The position numbers and the translations under genes were made by a program. Shown here piece by piece: positions 28,326 to 38,408 of a stretch of 57,217 nucleotides of DNA (position 1 is the first letter of the stretch; every line of letters starts with the position of its first letter). The DNA is from Simkaniaceae bacterium. Its GTDB lineage: Bacteria; Chlamydiota; Chlamydiia; Chlamydiales; Simkaniaceae. The notes under the pieces are model-generated. The model worked only from the letters and a program-made list of their open reading frames with translations. It did no database searches and was not told where the DNA came from. The stretch covers positions 1 to 57,217 of the forward strand of contig JBFWSA010000012.1 in the NCBI GenBank assembly GCA_050248615.1. Reading direction: 5' to 3'.

Positions 28326-29016
28326 GATGGGTTGCATTTCTTAATCGATCTCCAAAACCATACCCCAGTTTTTTAAACGCATGGGTGTGGAGGTCTGTTT
28401 CCTGATAAGCATAAATTCCCTTCTCTTCTACATAAACAATCATGAGTTGAAGGACATGAGGGGTTTCGACTAGATACTCAAGAGATAAAGGGAGTTCAGG
28501 GTTAAAAAAAATGGCGCTCCCCACTTTCTTGGGAATAGGAATCAAAGCAGTCATGTCTTCTTCGATAGCAAGCGTTGCTTGCGCAACGGGGATGGCCGAA
28601 GAAGATAGATGGAGAATACAGCCACAAACGGTCCCCTGAATGGAGCTCATTTGATGGAGTGATCGGGGTTTTTTAAAGAGGTGATCGGAGTTTTCAGATG
28701 CAGTAAAGAGTTGATCAAACCCGATGCGTAAGGGGCGCACTTTGGTTAAATTCGAGGCAATTTCGGCGAGTTGGGGGCGGAGGACAAACTTCTGAATTAG
28801 TGGATTGTCACGCCACATATCATATCCGGAAAGGTAGAGAGTTTTGAGATCTGTTTTCGCAAGGGTTTCCCGCTTGCTGTGCAAACGTTTGGCTAACGTT
28901 TCTTGAAGAGCGCGACTGAGTGATTCTACTTCAGCCTCTGTCAGTAAATCTTCAAATTCGATGTAATGGTGCTGGTAAAAAAAGTCGAGATGTTCACGAG
29001 CTAAAGCGAAGTGCAT
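28306..29016 (-). CDS. Conserved chlamydial protein, CT296/DcrA-like (2OG-Fe(II) oxygenase-like fold)
   Basis: H..FF....YIEFE.LL N-terminus and GY.FGDRL....HP C-terminus. It lies divergent from rnc, as in Chlamydia. Confidence 0.65.
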   Translation of the reverse strand: MHFALAREHLDFFYQHHYIEFEDLLTEAEVESLSRALQETLAKRLHSKRETLAKTDLKTLYLSGYDMWRDNPLIQKFVLRPQLAEIASNLTKVRPLRIGFDQLFTASENSDHLFKKPRSLHQMSSIQGTVCGCILHLSSSAIPVAQATLAIEEDMTALIPIPKKVGSAIFFNPELPLSLEYLVETPHVLQLMIVYVEEKGIYAYQETDLHTHAFKKLGYGFGDRLRNATHPILYSG

Positions 29017-29081
29017 GATTTACCTTTATAAGTAGGTTTGGGTATATTATAAAACGTTTTACTGAAAAAACCAACTAAGTT

Positions 29082-29789
29082 ATGCACACATACGATCATC
29101 TTTTGCAAGCCATCCCCATTGTGGAATCGCAAATTGGCTATACGTTTCAAGATAAATCTTTATTAAGCCTTGCCTTTATCCACCGCTCCTTTACCAACGA
29201 AAATCGGAGCATTATCGACACACATAATGAGCGTTTGGAATTTTTGGGCGATGCGATTCTAGGGCTTGTTGTCAGTGATTTTCTTTATTCCCATTTTCCC
29301 GATCATCCCGAAGGAGAACTCTCTTATTTACGCTCTCGTTTAGTCGAGGCTCCCGCTTGCGTCCTCTATATCCAAAAAATTGATTTAGAACGTTTTATCA
29401 TGGTGGGCAGGGGAGAATCGATGAATGAAGGGAAGGGGAGAGAAACCATCATTGCCGATCTTTTTGAAGCGATTGTCGGAGCCATTTATTTAGATGGGGG
29501 GATTGAAGTCGCGCGCCGTTTTTTCTTTGATCATTTCGAGCAGGAAGTATTACAAATCATTGAAAAACCTCATCGCAATTGGAAAGCTGAGCTCCAAGAC
29601 TATTGTCAAAAAAATTACCAAAAACCTCCCGAATATGCTGTGGTTGGGGAGGCGGGTCCCGATCATTTAAAGACTTTTTTTGTTGAAGTGAAACTTGATG
29701 GGAAGATTTTGGGGACAGGGCAAGGCACTTCAAAAAAAGAAGGGGAACAACAAGCAGCAGAAAGCGCTATCCATAACCTAGGTTTATAA
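29082..29789 (+). CDS. rnc: Ribonuclease III
   Basis: HNERLEFLGDAILG, ADLFEAIVGAIYLDGG and a C-terminal dsRBD. Confidence 0.97.
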   Translation: MHTYDHLLQAIPIVESQIGYTFQDKSLLSLAFIHRSFTNENRSIIDTHNERLEFLGDAILGLVVSDFLYSHFPDHPEGELSYLRSRLVEAPACVLYIQKIDLERFIMVGRGESMNEGKGRETIIADLFEAIVGAIYLDGGIEVARRFFFDHFEQEVLQIIEKPHRNWKAELQDYCQKNYQKPPEYAVVGEAGPDHLKTFFVEVKLDGKILGTGQGTSKKEGEQQAAESAIHNLGL

Positions 29790-31162
29790 TGGTAAAACAA
29801 AAGACAGTTTGGGTTTGTAGTGATTGTGGCAACCAGCAGTTTAAATGGACGGGGAGTTGTCATATCTGCAAGAACTGGAATACTCTGGTAGAAGAGGTAG
29901 AAGTTCAGGAAAAAGGGGGGCGCTTTGAGTCCAGGGGGCCGCGCGTTCCCAAACCTGTTTTAATTCAAGAAGTCGACACCGCTAATTTCAAACGGATTCA
30001 AACGGGGTATCAAGAGCTCGATCGTTTGATGGGCGGAGGGCTTGTTGAAGGATCTTTAAATCTAATAGGAGGGGAGCCGGGTATTGGAAAGTCTACGCTC
30101 CTCTTGCAGCTTTCAAAATGTTTTGCAGATCAAGGACTTACAGTTCTTTATGTTTGTGGAGAAGAGTCTGCGGAACAAACATCCCTTCGCGCCAAACGAT
30201 TGGGGATTCAAAGTGATCGCATCTACCTTTTCAGCGAAACCCTTTTTTCTCATATCCAAACACAGGTTGAAAACATTCATCCCGATATTTTGATCGTGGA
30301 TTCTGTTCAAATTGTCTATAAAAGTGAACTTTCTTCCTCTCCCGGATCAGTGACGCAAGTGCGGGAGATTGCTATGGAATGTATGCATCTCTCCAAAGGG
30401 TCGGGGATTACCACCTTTATGATTGGACATGTGACCAAAAGTGGTGACATTGCGGGTCCTCGTGTTCTTGAGCACATTGTGGATACTGTCTTTGAGTTTG
30501 AAGGAGATCGTCAGCAGGGTTACCGGTTAATGCGTGCTGTGAAAAATCGCTTTGGACCCACGGAGGATGTCGCCCTCTTTCAGATGAATGAAAAAGGGCT
30601 TCAGGAGATCTTGAATCCGTCTCTGACCTTTTTAGAAGAAAGGCAAGTGGGTTCTCCGGGGTCTGTCATTATTCCAACAGTGGAAGGAAGTCGGGCTTTA
30701 CTCGTTGAAGTTCAAGCTCTTGTTGCTCCTTCCTCTTTTGCCACCTCTTCCCGTCGCTCAACGGGGATTGATCCTAAACGTCTCACCCTTCTTTTAGCCG
30801 TTTTAGAAAAGCGGATGGGGTATCAATTGCATGCTCTAGATGTTTTTGTTTCTGTAGCAGGGGGGATGAAAATCACCGAACCTGCTATTGATCTCGGGAC
30901 GATTCTATCCATTGCTTCCTCCTACTGCAATAGAGCTATTCCTTCGGACACCTTGGTTTTAGGCGAGGTGGGGCTTGGAGGAGAAGTGCGGAGCATTCCC
31001 CGCCTCGAAAGCCGCCTCAAAGAGGGGATTAATATGGGCTTTAAGCGGTGCGTCCTTTCAAGCAAAAACCTCAAAGGGATCAATAAAAAATTGACTGATA
31101 AGATCTCTCTGCAGGGGATCTCTCGAGTAGAAGAAGCGATACAAATTCTCCTTCAGAAGTAA
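29789..31162 (+). CDS. radA: DNA repair protein RadA/Sms
   Basis: C4 zinc finger, GGEPGIGKSTLLLQ, KNRFG and Lon-like C-terminus. Confidence 0.97.
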   Translation: MVKQKTVWVCSDCGNQQFKWTGSCHICKNWNTLVEEVEVQEKGGRFESRGPRVPKPVLIQEVDTANFKRIQTGYQELDRLMGGGLVEGSLNLIGGEPGIGKSTLLLQLSKCFADQGLTVLYVCGEESAEQTSLRAKRLGIQSDRIYLFSETLFSHIQTQVENIHPDILIVDSVQIVYKSELSSSPGSVTQVREIAMECMHLSKGSGITTFMIGHVTKSGDIAGPRVLEHIVDTVFEFEGDRQQGYRLMRAVKNRFGPTEDVALFQMNEKGLQEILNPSLTFLEERQVGSPGSVIIPTVEGSRALLVEVQALVAPSSFATSSRRSTGIDPKRLTLLLAVLEKRMGYQLHALDVFVSVAGGMKITEPAIDLGTILSIASSYCNRAIPSDTLVLGEVGLGGEVRSIPRLESRLKEGINMGFKRCVLSSKNLKGINKKLTDKISLQGISRVEEAIQILLQK

Positions 31163-31209
31163 CCTATTTTCCTTTATAGTCTCTGCAAAAAATCAAACAG
31201 AGAGGATGT

Positions 31210-33198
31210 ATGGCTGCTAGTTTAATAGACCAATTAAAATCAGAATTTTCTAGCAAATCGGTCATGGCAACACGCCTCCATCGTATCATGGCCTACCATG
31301 AATTTGAGAACGATCCGAAAAAGTTAGAAGAGGCTGTGGGTTTGGCGGTAAACTTAGGACGGGTTTCTCTTCAAACAGAATCGGGAACAGGTCATTGGAA
31401 ACCCCTTGACGTTGCTGTGATCACAGGCTACCAATTAGGAGTAGAATTTTTGTTGAAGCAAGGGGTAGGGCCCACACCAGCAGCCATCGCTTTTGCGCGC
31501 ATGTACCATCCCGAGTTTCTTCCCCTATTAGGAGTCCGGGCCCCCATCTCCTCTAGCCCTTCAGGAATTGTCCCTTTGTCTCCTCATGTAGTAACCTCCG
31601 AGCGTGCTAAGGTTTTTGCAGAGGCCCTTCCAATAGCAATTGAAGTTCCTCAAGGCCCTTTTGTTTATGAGGCTCCGAACGACTTTGGGGTTATGATCAA
31701 AAAACTCCTTTTAACGCGAGATCCTACAGAAAGAGAGCTAGTCGAGTCTAAAGGGACCCATGTAGCTAGGGATGTCCGTACAACACACTTATCAGAGAAC
31801 ATGAAAGAATTAGCTGGTCGCTTAGGGTTTGAACTTGTCTTCTCTGCCTGGTGTTATTATCCTCGTGATCATTTTCTTCCTTCTACTACAGCTTCAAAGC
31901 CCTTTATTGGTGGAGCTACAGGGTATAGCGATTCGGGTGCAAGAGATTCGCAAATTGCAGCTGCCTTAGAAAAAGGCAACTCCTGGATGGTCCATAAACA
32001 GCAAAGTGCCCCTTGTTTTACCTCGCACTTTAGCTTTGCTGGGGTGATTGGGAGTACTTTACACACGGCTCCTCAAGCAATCGATGATTATCGTGAGCTC
32101 TATCAAGTGGATCGTCCCGAAGGGAGACTTTACGTTGAAGGGGGGAATATGTATACGGTGGGTGTAGGGGGAGAAAGGGTGATTTTTTTGGGGATGTCCC
32201 ATCTCCCTATCAACTTAGCCTTGGGTCATAGTACAGGATTTATTAAAGAAGCTTCTGTTGCAGGTGCTCCCAGGCCTAAGACATTTACGAATGCTCAAAT
32301 ATTTGACTTAGTGGAAGATCGTTATGCCCTTGGTTTCGCTAAAGTTGCAGGAAAAATGGGTGTTCTTTCTCAAAGGGCTATTGGAGAGTGTCATCAAGAT
32401 CTGGTAAAGAGAGGCTCTAAAGTGCGGTTGAAGGAGGCTCTTATCGAAAAGGGAACTTTGACTCCCTTACCCTTTACCGCAGAAAGGAACCTTCAACAGT
32501 ATGCAAAACACGTTTCAGAATTTGCCTATGAGAAGAATCTGTTAGGGCAAATATTTAAAGCGACATTTGGAGCTAAAGTACACTTCCTTCCAGAAGTCGG
32601 CTATCACCTCGATAACTTTATGCGTCCCGGTCCCAAAGGAACGATGCTTGTCCAAAGCTATGGAATGGCAGAGCTTTTTCTTGATGCTATTGCTAGAAAT
32701 TCTGCACTTTTCGGACTGACTGCAAGAGACGAAGAGATTTTAGCACGTTATCAGAGCACAACCTATCAACTTCAAGCGGAACTAGGGTCTATTTTGAGAG
32801 GCGTTGCAAAGGAGCTAGAAGTAGCGGGAGTAACCGTATTACCGATTCCTGCACTCTTTTATGATGCCTCTCTCGAATTAATAAGGGAGCCCACCTTCCA
32901 TGTGAATTTCATCAACGGTATCTCAGGATATTCCCGAAAGACAAAAAGCTTCTATTATGTGACGACGGGTGCCCAAGTGGGCGATCATTTGGGTCAAGCG
33001 CTCATGGATGTTTTTACCTGGTATATGCAGCAACTTGAGCCCAAACTTGAGGTCTATTTTGTAGGGAGAAATCCTCGAGACCCACAGGATTTTTCTGAGT
33101 CGATGCGTTACTGGAATCGTCCGGGAGATATTGCCTCAAACTCGGGCCTCCACTGTTTAACGACAGAACTGGAAATAGCTCCTGTAAAACGTAATTAA
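31210..33198 (+). CDS. Pentein (amidinotransferase/peptidylarginine deiminase-like) protein with a possible ankyrin-like N-terminal repeat
   Basis: PRD220, EGGN, H466-L-D468, NFINGI and GLHC649LT in the canonical order. KPLDVAVITGYQLGVEFLLKQG is ankyrin-like. Confidence 0.7.
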   Translation: MAASLIDQLKSEFSSKSVMATRLHRIMAYHEFENDPKKLEEAVGLAVNLGRVSLQTESGTGHWKPLDVAVITGYQLGVEFLLKQGVGPTPAAIAFARMYHPEFLPLLGVRAPISSSPSGIVPLSPHVVTSERAKVFAEALPIAIEVPQGPFVYEAPNDFGVMIKKLLLTRDPTERELVESKGTHVARDVRTTHLSENMKELAGRLGFELVFSAWCYYPRDHFLPSTTASKPFIGGATGYSDSGARDSQIAAALEKGNSWMVHKQQSAPCFTSHFSFAGVIGSTLHTAPQAIDDYRELYQVDRPEGRLYVEGGNMYTVGVGGERVIFLGMSHLPINLALGHSTGFIKEASVAGAPRPKTFTNAQIFDLVEDRYALGFAKVAGKMGVLSQRAIGECHQDLVKRGSKVRLKEALIEKGTLTPLPFTAERNLQQYAKHVSEFAYEKNLLGQIFKATFGAKVHFLPEVGYHLDNFMRPGPKGTMLVQSYGMAELFLDAIARNSALFGLTARDEEILARYQSTTYQLQAELGSILRGVAKELEVAGVTVLPIPALFYDASLELIREPTFHVNFINGISGYSRKTKSFYYVTTGAQVGDHLGQALMDVFTWYMQQLEPKLEVYFVGRNPRDPQDFSESMRYWNRPGDIASNSGLHCLTTELEIAPVKRN

Positions 33199-33236
33199 TC
33201 TTTGCACTCTTCTACAATTTTTGACATCATCCCAAC

Positions 33237-33402
33237 TTATACTCAAATAACTTCAAAAGTTATTTTTGGGCTAGCGCGAAAGCTTTCGGAATTCGTCGAT
33301 CTTAAATGACCTAATATTAGAAATATGAGGTCATTTAAGATCGGCAAATTACGGTGCTTTGGCGCAGCCGAAAATCCAACTTTTGAAGTTGTTTGAGTAT
33401 AA
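33237..33402. repeat. Fold-back/MITE-like element, family B (166 bp)
   Basis: 25-bp TIR with 1 mismatch (33237-33261 / 33378-33402) and a perfect inner 15-bp stem GATCTTAAATGACCT (33298-33312 / 33328-33342). Confidence 0.9.
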
Positions 33403-33428
33403 ATAAATTGAGCTATGAGAGGGAGCTT

Positions 33429-34703
33429 GTGAAGATTGTTGTTGGAGCGAGGGGATCGCAGCTTTCCATTAAGCAAGTGGAAGAGGTATTCGAAGCATTA
33501 AAATGCCTAGCGCCACAAGTGGGTTTTGAGCCGATTTGGGTCAAGACTTCAGGAGATTTAGATTTAAAAGCTTCCTTAAGGACACTTGATAAAACCGATT
33601 TTTTCACACGAGAAATTGATCAGCTGCAACTCCAGGGAAAATGTCGCATCAGTATTCATTCTGCAAAAGATTTACCTGAACCTTTACCTACGGGATTAAA
33701 AATTGTCGCTTTAACAAAAGGGCAAGATTCCAGAGATGTTTTAGTGATGCGACCAGGGGATAGACTTGAGACATTAAAGAAGGAGGGGATCATTGGTTCC
33801 TCTTCCCATAGAAGAGATCAAATGATCTCCCGTTTGAGAGAGGATCTCCAGTATCAAGAAGTGCGTGGACCCATTGAAAAGCGTCTTGAGAAATTATTCA
33901 ATGGGGAAATCGAGGGATTGATTGTCGCAGAAGCTGCCCTGATTCGGTTAGGGTTAACCCACCTAAACCGCATTTTTCTTATTGGTGAGACAGCGCCGCT
34001 TCAAGGGAAGCTTGCCATTGTAGCTAGAGAAGGGGACTCAGAAATGGAACACCTCTTTGCCCCTTTAGATACGCGTAAACAGAGGGTTCTTAATGTGGGG
34101 CTAAGTTCCCTAAATCGGGATGAAGGGACCCATATTCCCTTAATAGAAATTGTCCCTCGCTCTTTTGATTCCCCTGAGATTGCCAGTGCTTTTGCAGATA
34201 TTCCTTTATATACCCATCTCATTTTTACGAGTAAGAGTTGTGTTGAAATTTTTTTCGAGTGCCTAAAATATTATGGTTTTAAAAGTATCGCAGGGAAAAA
34301 AATCTTATGTGTCGGTAAAGCGACAGCTGAAAAGTTTTTGGAAAAAGGAGGACAAGTTCCCCTTGTCGCTGCAGAGGAAACACAAGAAGGGGTGATTCAT
34401 TTACTTGCCCAGGAGGATTTAGATAGGGCCTATCTCTTTCTTCCCCAGTCCTCACGAGCCCGCCCCGCCCTTGCCCATACCCTTTTGCTCAGAAGGGTGC
34501 GCCACCAACTCTGCCCCCTTTATGATACCAAGACCAAAGTGCCGGCTGTGAAGCCCGATTTAGGAGCTTTTGACGAAATAATATTTACCAGCCCTTCCAC
34601 TGTGGATGCTTTTATTGAAATTTTTGGCACCCTTCCTAAAGACAAGAAGTTAACACCGATAGGTCCGATAACAGAGCATAAATTAAAATTTTCTTTTTAC
34701 TAA
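33429..34703 (+). CDS. hemC: Fused hydroxymethylbilane synthase (HemC) / uroporphyrinogen-III synthase (HemD)
   Basis: N-terminal GARGSQLS, KTSGD, FTREID, HSAKDLP, GSSS.RR. C-terminal HemD motifs LIFTS, CVGKATA, LYDT, IIFTSPSTV, IGPIT. GTG 33429 has RBS GAGGGAG. Confidence 0.88.
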   Translation: MKIVVGARGSQLSIKQVEEVFEALKCLAPQVGFEPIWVKTSGDLDLKASLRTLDKTDFFTREIDQLQLQGKCRISIHSAKDLPEPLPTGLKIVALTKGQDSRDVLVMRPGDRLETLKKEGIIGSSSHRRDQMISRLREDLQYQEVRGPIEKRLEKLFNGEIEGLIVAEAALIRLGLTHLNRIFLIGETAPLQGKLAIVAREGDSEMEHLFAPLDTRKQRVLNVGLSSLNRDEGTHIPLIEIVPRSFDSPEIASAFADIPLYTHLIFTSKSCVEIFFECLKYYGFKSIAGKKILCVGKATAEKFLEKGGQVPLVAAEETQEGVIHLLAQEDLDRAYLFLPQSSRARPALAHTLLLRRVRHQLCPLYDTKTKVPAVKPDLGAFDEIIFTSPSTVDAFIEIFGTLPKDKKLTPIGPITEHKLKFSFY

Positions 34704-34777
34704 AAACGCGTTGGGAGTTGTCTTCTTTGTGCCGGTTTGCTAATCTTTGAGGTATTCCAATAATGGTGGAACTGTAA

Positions 34778-35737
34778 ATGGGATTTTTAGGGCTCTTTAC
34801 TAGGCATAAGCCAAAGATTAAGGTCGAATCGACCAAAAAAGATGGATTCAGTGGCTGGGTCAAGTGCACGAAGTGCGAAGAAATGATTCATGCCAACGAG
34901 CTTCAAGAAAATCACAATTGTTGTCCTAAGTGTGATCACCACTATCGTCTCTCTGCCTCGCAAAGGATCGATCTTTTAGCAGATCCCAACACTTTCCAAG
35001 AGCTTTTTTCAGAAATTCACCCTTCCGATCCTTTAAACTTTGTCGATTCTGAAGCCTATAAAGCTCGACTAGAGAAAGCTATAAAGAAGATGGGACGTAA
35101 TGAAGCCATCATGACAGGGACCTGTAAAATCGGAGGGCAAGAAACCGCTTTAGGTGCTCTTGACTTTGGATTTATGGGAGGTTCTATGGGCTCTGTTGTC
35201 GGAGAGCGCATCACGCTCCTCATCGAGCATGCCCTTAAAAAGAAAATTCCTCTTGTCCTTGTTTCCTCTTCGGGAGGAGCGCGGATGCAAGAGTCTGTAT
35301 ACTCTCTCATGCAGATGGCTAAAACTTCTGCCGCTCTAGCCAAATTGCACAATGCAGGGATTCCCTATATTTCCATTCTTGCAAATCCCACTACAGGTGG
35401 CGTGACAGCCTCTTTTGCTTCCCTTGGGGATATTATCATCGCTGAACCCGATGCTCTCATCGGTTTTGCAGGTCCCCGTGTAGTGGAACAAACCATTCGG
35501 CAGAAACTTCCCGATTCCGCACAAAAATCTGAGTTTTTGTTGGAAAAAGGGATGATTGATTGTATTGTGAAACGGAGTGAGCTGAAAGAAAAGCTCGCTT
35601 TTTTTATCAAGTTTTTAGCTGGAAACAAACCCTTAACTTCTCAAAATGAGAAGCAAGGGCAGCGTGAAAAACTTGATGATTTAATTGCTTTATCCCAGAA
35701 AGAGCGTGAAAAGAACGCCATTGAAATAGCAAAATGA
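34778..35737 (+). CDS. accD: Acetyl-CoA carboxylase carboxyltransferase beta subunit
   Basis: WVKC..C...C..C zinc finger, [38 protein letters not shown]. Confidence 0.97.
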   Translation: MGFLGLFTRHKPKIKVESTKKDGFSGWVKCTKCEEMIHANELQENHNCCPKCDHHYRLSASQRIDLLADPNTFQELFSEIHPSDPLNFVDSEAYKARLEKAIKKMGRNEAIMTGTCKIGGQETALGALDFGFMGGSMGSVVGERITLLIEHALKKKIPLVLVSSSGGARMQESVYSLMQMAKTSAALAKLHNAGIPYISILANPTTGGVTASFASLGDIIIAEPDALIGFAGPRVVEQTIRQKLPDSAQKSEFLLEKGMIDCIVKRSELKEKLAFFIKFLAGNKPLTSQNEKQGQREKLDDLIALSQKEREKNAIEIAK

Positions 35738-36177
35738 AAAAGCAAGAGATTCCAACACGTCTAGAAGAAGGAGCCCAGCTTCCTGTCTATGCTTCTGAAG
35801 AAGCTGCAGGGGCAGATGTACGTGCCTACATCCCCAAAGAGGTGATCCTTCAGCCAGGTGAAACAAAGCTCATCCCAACAGGCCTTAGATTAGAGATTCC
35901 TGAAGGGTATGAAATACAAGTCCGTCCCCGCAGTGGTTTAGCACTAAAATCAAGTATAACTGTTCTCAATGCTCCAGGAACCATTGATTCCGATTATCGT
36001 GGGGAAATTGGAATTATTCTGATCAATCATGGAAAAAATCCTTTTACTGTAACTCCCAACATGCGTATTGCGCAGCTTGTTTTTTCCCCTGTTTATCGTG
36101 CAATTTTTTGTGAAAGCGCAACATTAGCAACCACAACAAGAGGCTCAGGCGGTTTTGGCCATACTGGAACGCATTAA
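35734..36177 (+). CDS. dut: dUTP diphosphatase
   Basis: [41 protein letters not shown]. Confidence 0.97.
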   Translation: MKKQEIPTRLEEGAQLPVYASEEAAGADVRAYIPKEVILQPGETKLIPTGLRLEIPEGYEIQVRPRSGLALKSSITVLNAPGTIDSDYRGEIGIILINHGKNPFTVTPNMRIAQLVFSPVYRAIFCESATLATTTRGSGGFGHTGTH

Positions 36178-36202
36178 TCATCTCTTTAAAAAAGGAGAAA
36201 AC

Positions 36203-36658
36203 GTGACCCTTTCAGAATTTATCCAAGATGGAGTTGTTTGTTTCTTGGATGCAAGTAGTCGTGATGAAGCCCTCCATCAGCTCGTTGATGCTTTAGGAGA
36301 TACCGGTGAAATTCAAGATCGCGATCGATTTTATGATGCGATCGTAAAAAGAGAGCAGGTCGCTTCTACAGGAGTGGGAATGGGCGTTGCGATTCCCCAT
36401 GCGAAATTGAAAGATTTTAACCACTTTTTTCTTGCGATTGGAGTCCAAAAAGGAAAAGAAGGGATCAAATGGGATGCTCTAGACAAAGCCCCTCCTGTAA
36501 GACTGATTTTTATGATCGGAGGTCCTGATAATAAGCAAAATGAGTATCTGAAAATCCTATCAGATTTGACCAAAGCCATTAAAGATGAAGACCGTCGCAA
36601 AAATATTTTAAATGCAGAGTCTCGAGAACAGGTTGTCGGGTTGTTTGAACGTTCTTGA
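36203..36658 (+). CDS. ptsN: PTS IIA (Ntr/Fru-type) protein
   Basis: RE...STGVG.GVAIPHA. GTG 36203 has an AAGGAG RBS. Confidence 0.88.
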   Translation: MTLSEFIQDGVVCFLDASSRDEALHQLVDALGDTGEIQDRDRFYDAIVKREQVASTGVGMGVAIPHAKLKDFNHFFLAIGVQKGKEGIKWDALDKAPPVRLIFMIGGPDNKQNEYLKILSDLTKAIKDEDRRKNILNAESREQVVGLFERS

Positions 36659-36819
36659 ACCTATCCCACTAATCCATTTCCGGTATTTTTTGCCTTTTCT
36701 GCCGATTTTTTTCATTCATTTTGAGTCCTTGTCTCTTGGACAATGTCCTCAAAATGAATGAAAAAAATCTTCAAGAAAAATCTAAAAAATCCCCGCAAAT
36801 GGATTAGTGGGATAGGTTC
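36657..36819. repeat. Fold-back/MITE-like element, family C (163 bp)
   Basis: Perfect 23-bp TIR GAACCTATCCCACTAATCCATTT (36657-36679 / 36797-36819) and perfect inner 22-bp stem (36704-36725 / 36748-36769). Confidence 0.9.
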
Positions 36820-37019
36820 TTAAAACCTTCTATCTTTTATCATTTTTTGTCATTTAGGGATTCTTTTCATAATCAGTCCTTTAAAACATCATTTGAAGAT
36901 AAGTGATGAGCACTAACTTGCAGGAAAGTCGCAAGTGTTATAGGTTTGACAATATACTGCAAACAGAGTTTACTTAAAGTTTCGATTAAGACCTAGGCTT
37001 GGGTCAAAGAGGTGGATAC

Positions 37020-37751
37020 ATGGATCTTAAAATCAAAGATGTGGCTGAATTACTCAATGTCTCTGAAACAACGATTAGACGGTGGCTTAGCGAGGGGAAA
37101 ATTCCTGCTTATCGCCTCCATCACCAGTATCGCTTCAGTCGCATTGAAATCGAAAATTGGATGATGAGTTGTCGTTTGAAAAAAGAAAGTGAAAACTTCC
37201 TCCCTTCTGAAGAAGTGCAAATCTATCCTGCAAAAGACCAAAAGAAAAATGAAGAACAGGAAGGGAAGAAAGGGATGCAGCAGTTTAGTCTCTACCGTGC
37301 CGTGCACCGTGGGGGTGTATTTAGTAACCTCCATGCGAATTCCAAAGAAGCTATTATCCGAGAAACCATGGAAGCGGTTTCTGAAGATTTAGGACTAGAT
37401 CCCGCAGTTATTTCAGAACTCCTCATGGATCGCGAAAAACTCATGCCCACCGCTCTCAATAACGGGATTGCAGTCCCTCACACCCGTGACTTTCTTCTTA
37501 AAGGGACCACAGATGTGATTGTTGTCGTTTTCCCAAAAAAGCCTATTGAATGGGGGGCACTCGATGACAATCCGGTCCATACATTATTTTTCTTATTTGC
37601 TTGTGATGACAAAAGGCATCTCCATCTCCTTGCAAAACTTGCCCATTTGAGCAGCAATGATGAAGCGCTCGAACTCTTGCGCTCAAAGCCCAGCAAAAAA
37701 GATCTTTTAGATTACATCAAAGAGAGAGAATCCCAAAGCTCTGTCAAGTAA
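37020..37751 (+). CDS. ptsN: PTS IIA protein with N-terminal excisionase-type HTH (chlamydial PtsN)
   Basis: L.IKDVAELLNVSETTIRRW..GKIPA; RE.LMPTAL.NGIAVPH. Confidence 0.88.
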   Translation: MDLKIKDVAELLNVSETTIRRWLSEGKIPAYRLHHQYRFSRIEIENWMMSCRLKKESENFLPSEEVQIYPAKDQKKNEEQEGKKGMQQFSLYRAVHRGGVFSNLHANSKEAIIRETMEAVSEDLGLDPAVISELLMDREKLMPTALNNGIAVPHTRDFLLKGTTDVIVVVFPKKPIEWGALDDNPVHTLFFLFACDDKRHLHLLAKLAHLSSNDEALELLRSKPSKKDLLDYIKERESQSSVK

Positions 37752-37778
37752 TCCTTTTTACCCCGAAGTGCCTTATTT

Positions 37779-37898
37779 TTCCCTTTGGCGCTGCATAAGT
37801 AGGCAATATTTTGGGGACTGAAGTGAAGGGCAGCTCCGTAGAGATGCTTAAGCTTTAGTCCCCAAAATATTGCCTATTTATGTGGATGATAAAGGGAA
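37779..37898. repeat. Fold-back element (120 bp) inside the IS remnant
   Basis: 26-bp stem with 1 mismatch (37794-37819 / 37857-37882) plus an outer TTCCCTTT/AAAGGGAA pair. Confidence 0.8.
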
Positions 37899-37939
37899 CA
37901 TCGCTTTGAATATTTTCTTTTAATTTCCTAGGAGAAAAT

Positions 37940-38400
37940 ATGGAAGAAGAAGCAATTTTTATTTATTGCTTAACCGATTGTGTTGTTTGTGCTGTTTCTT
38001 GTGCTGATGACCCAAGATCTTTAATGACTCATGGAGATGTAACTATGCAATCACCCGCAGAGTGATTGCATACCATCTGTATTTTAATCACTTAACCAGC
38101 CGACTCGTTTAGTAACGAGGATTCATCAAATCCCTTCTATCATTTGGCAAGACATGTTCTTAATTTGTCAGTCTATCTTAAAAACTCCTAACAATAAAAG
38201 ATTGATTTTAGATAGTTTTCCTGTAGCAGTCTGTCAAAATAATAAGATTTTTTGTTGCAAGCTGTTTACAAAGAAATGCTTTCATGGTTACACCGCGTCC
38301 CAAAAAAGTTATTTTTTTGGAATCAAAGTTCACATGCTTGTGACTGATGAAGGTATTATTTTTTATTCTTGTTGTGACTGTGAAGCATACGTTAAAGGAA
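37940..38400 (+). pseudogene. IS982-family transposase, frameshifted and truncated
   Basis: ATG 37940 with AGGAG RBS gives MEEEAIFIYCLTD...DDPRSLM. A later frame gives ILDSFPVAVCQN...GYTASQKSYFFGIKVHMLVTDEG. The C-terminal half is missing. Confidence 0.75.
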
Positions 38401-38408
38401 ACATCTTG

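Noticed and set aside
33243..33476. 77-aa minus-strand ORF, and similarly 1996-2220 and 38208-38462
   Set aside because: They overlap fold-back elements or real genes on the other strand and show no protein-like motifs.
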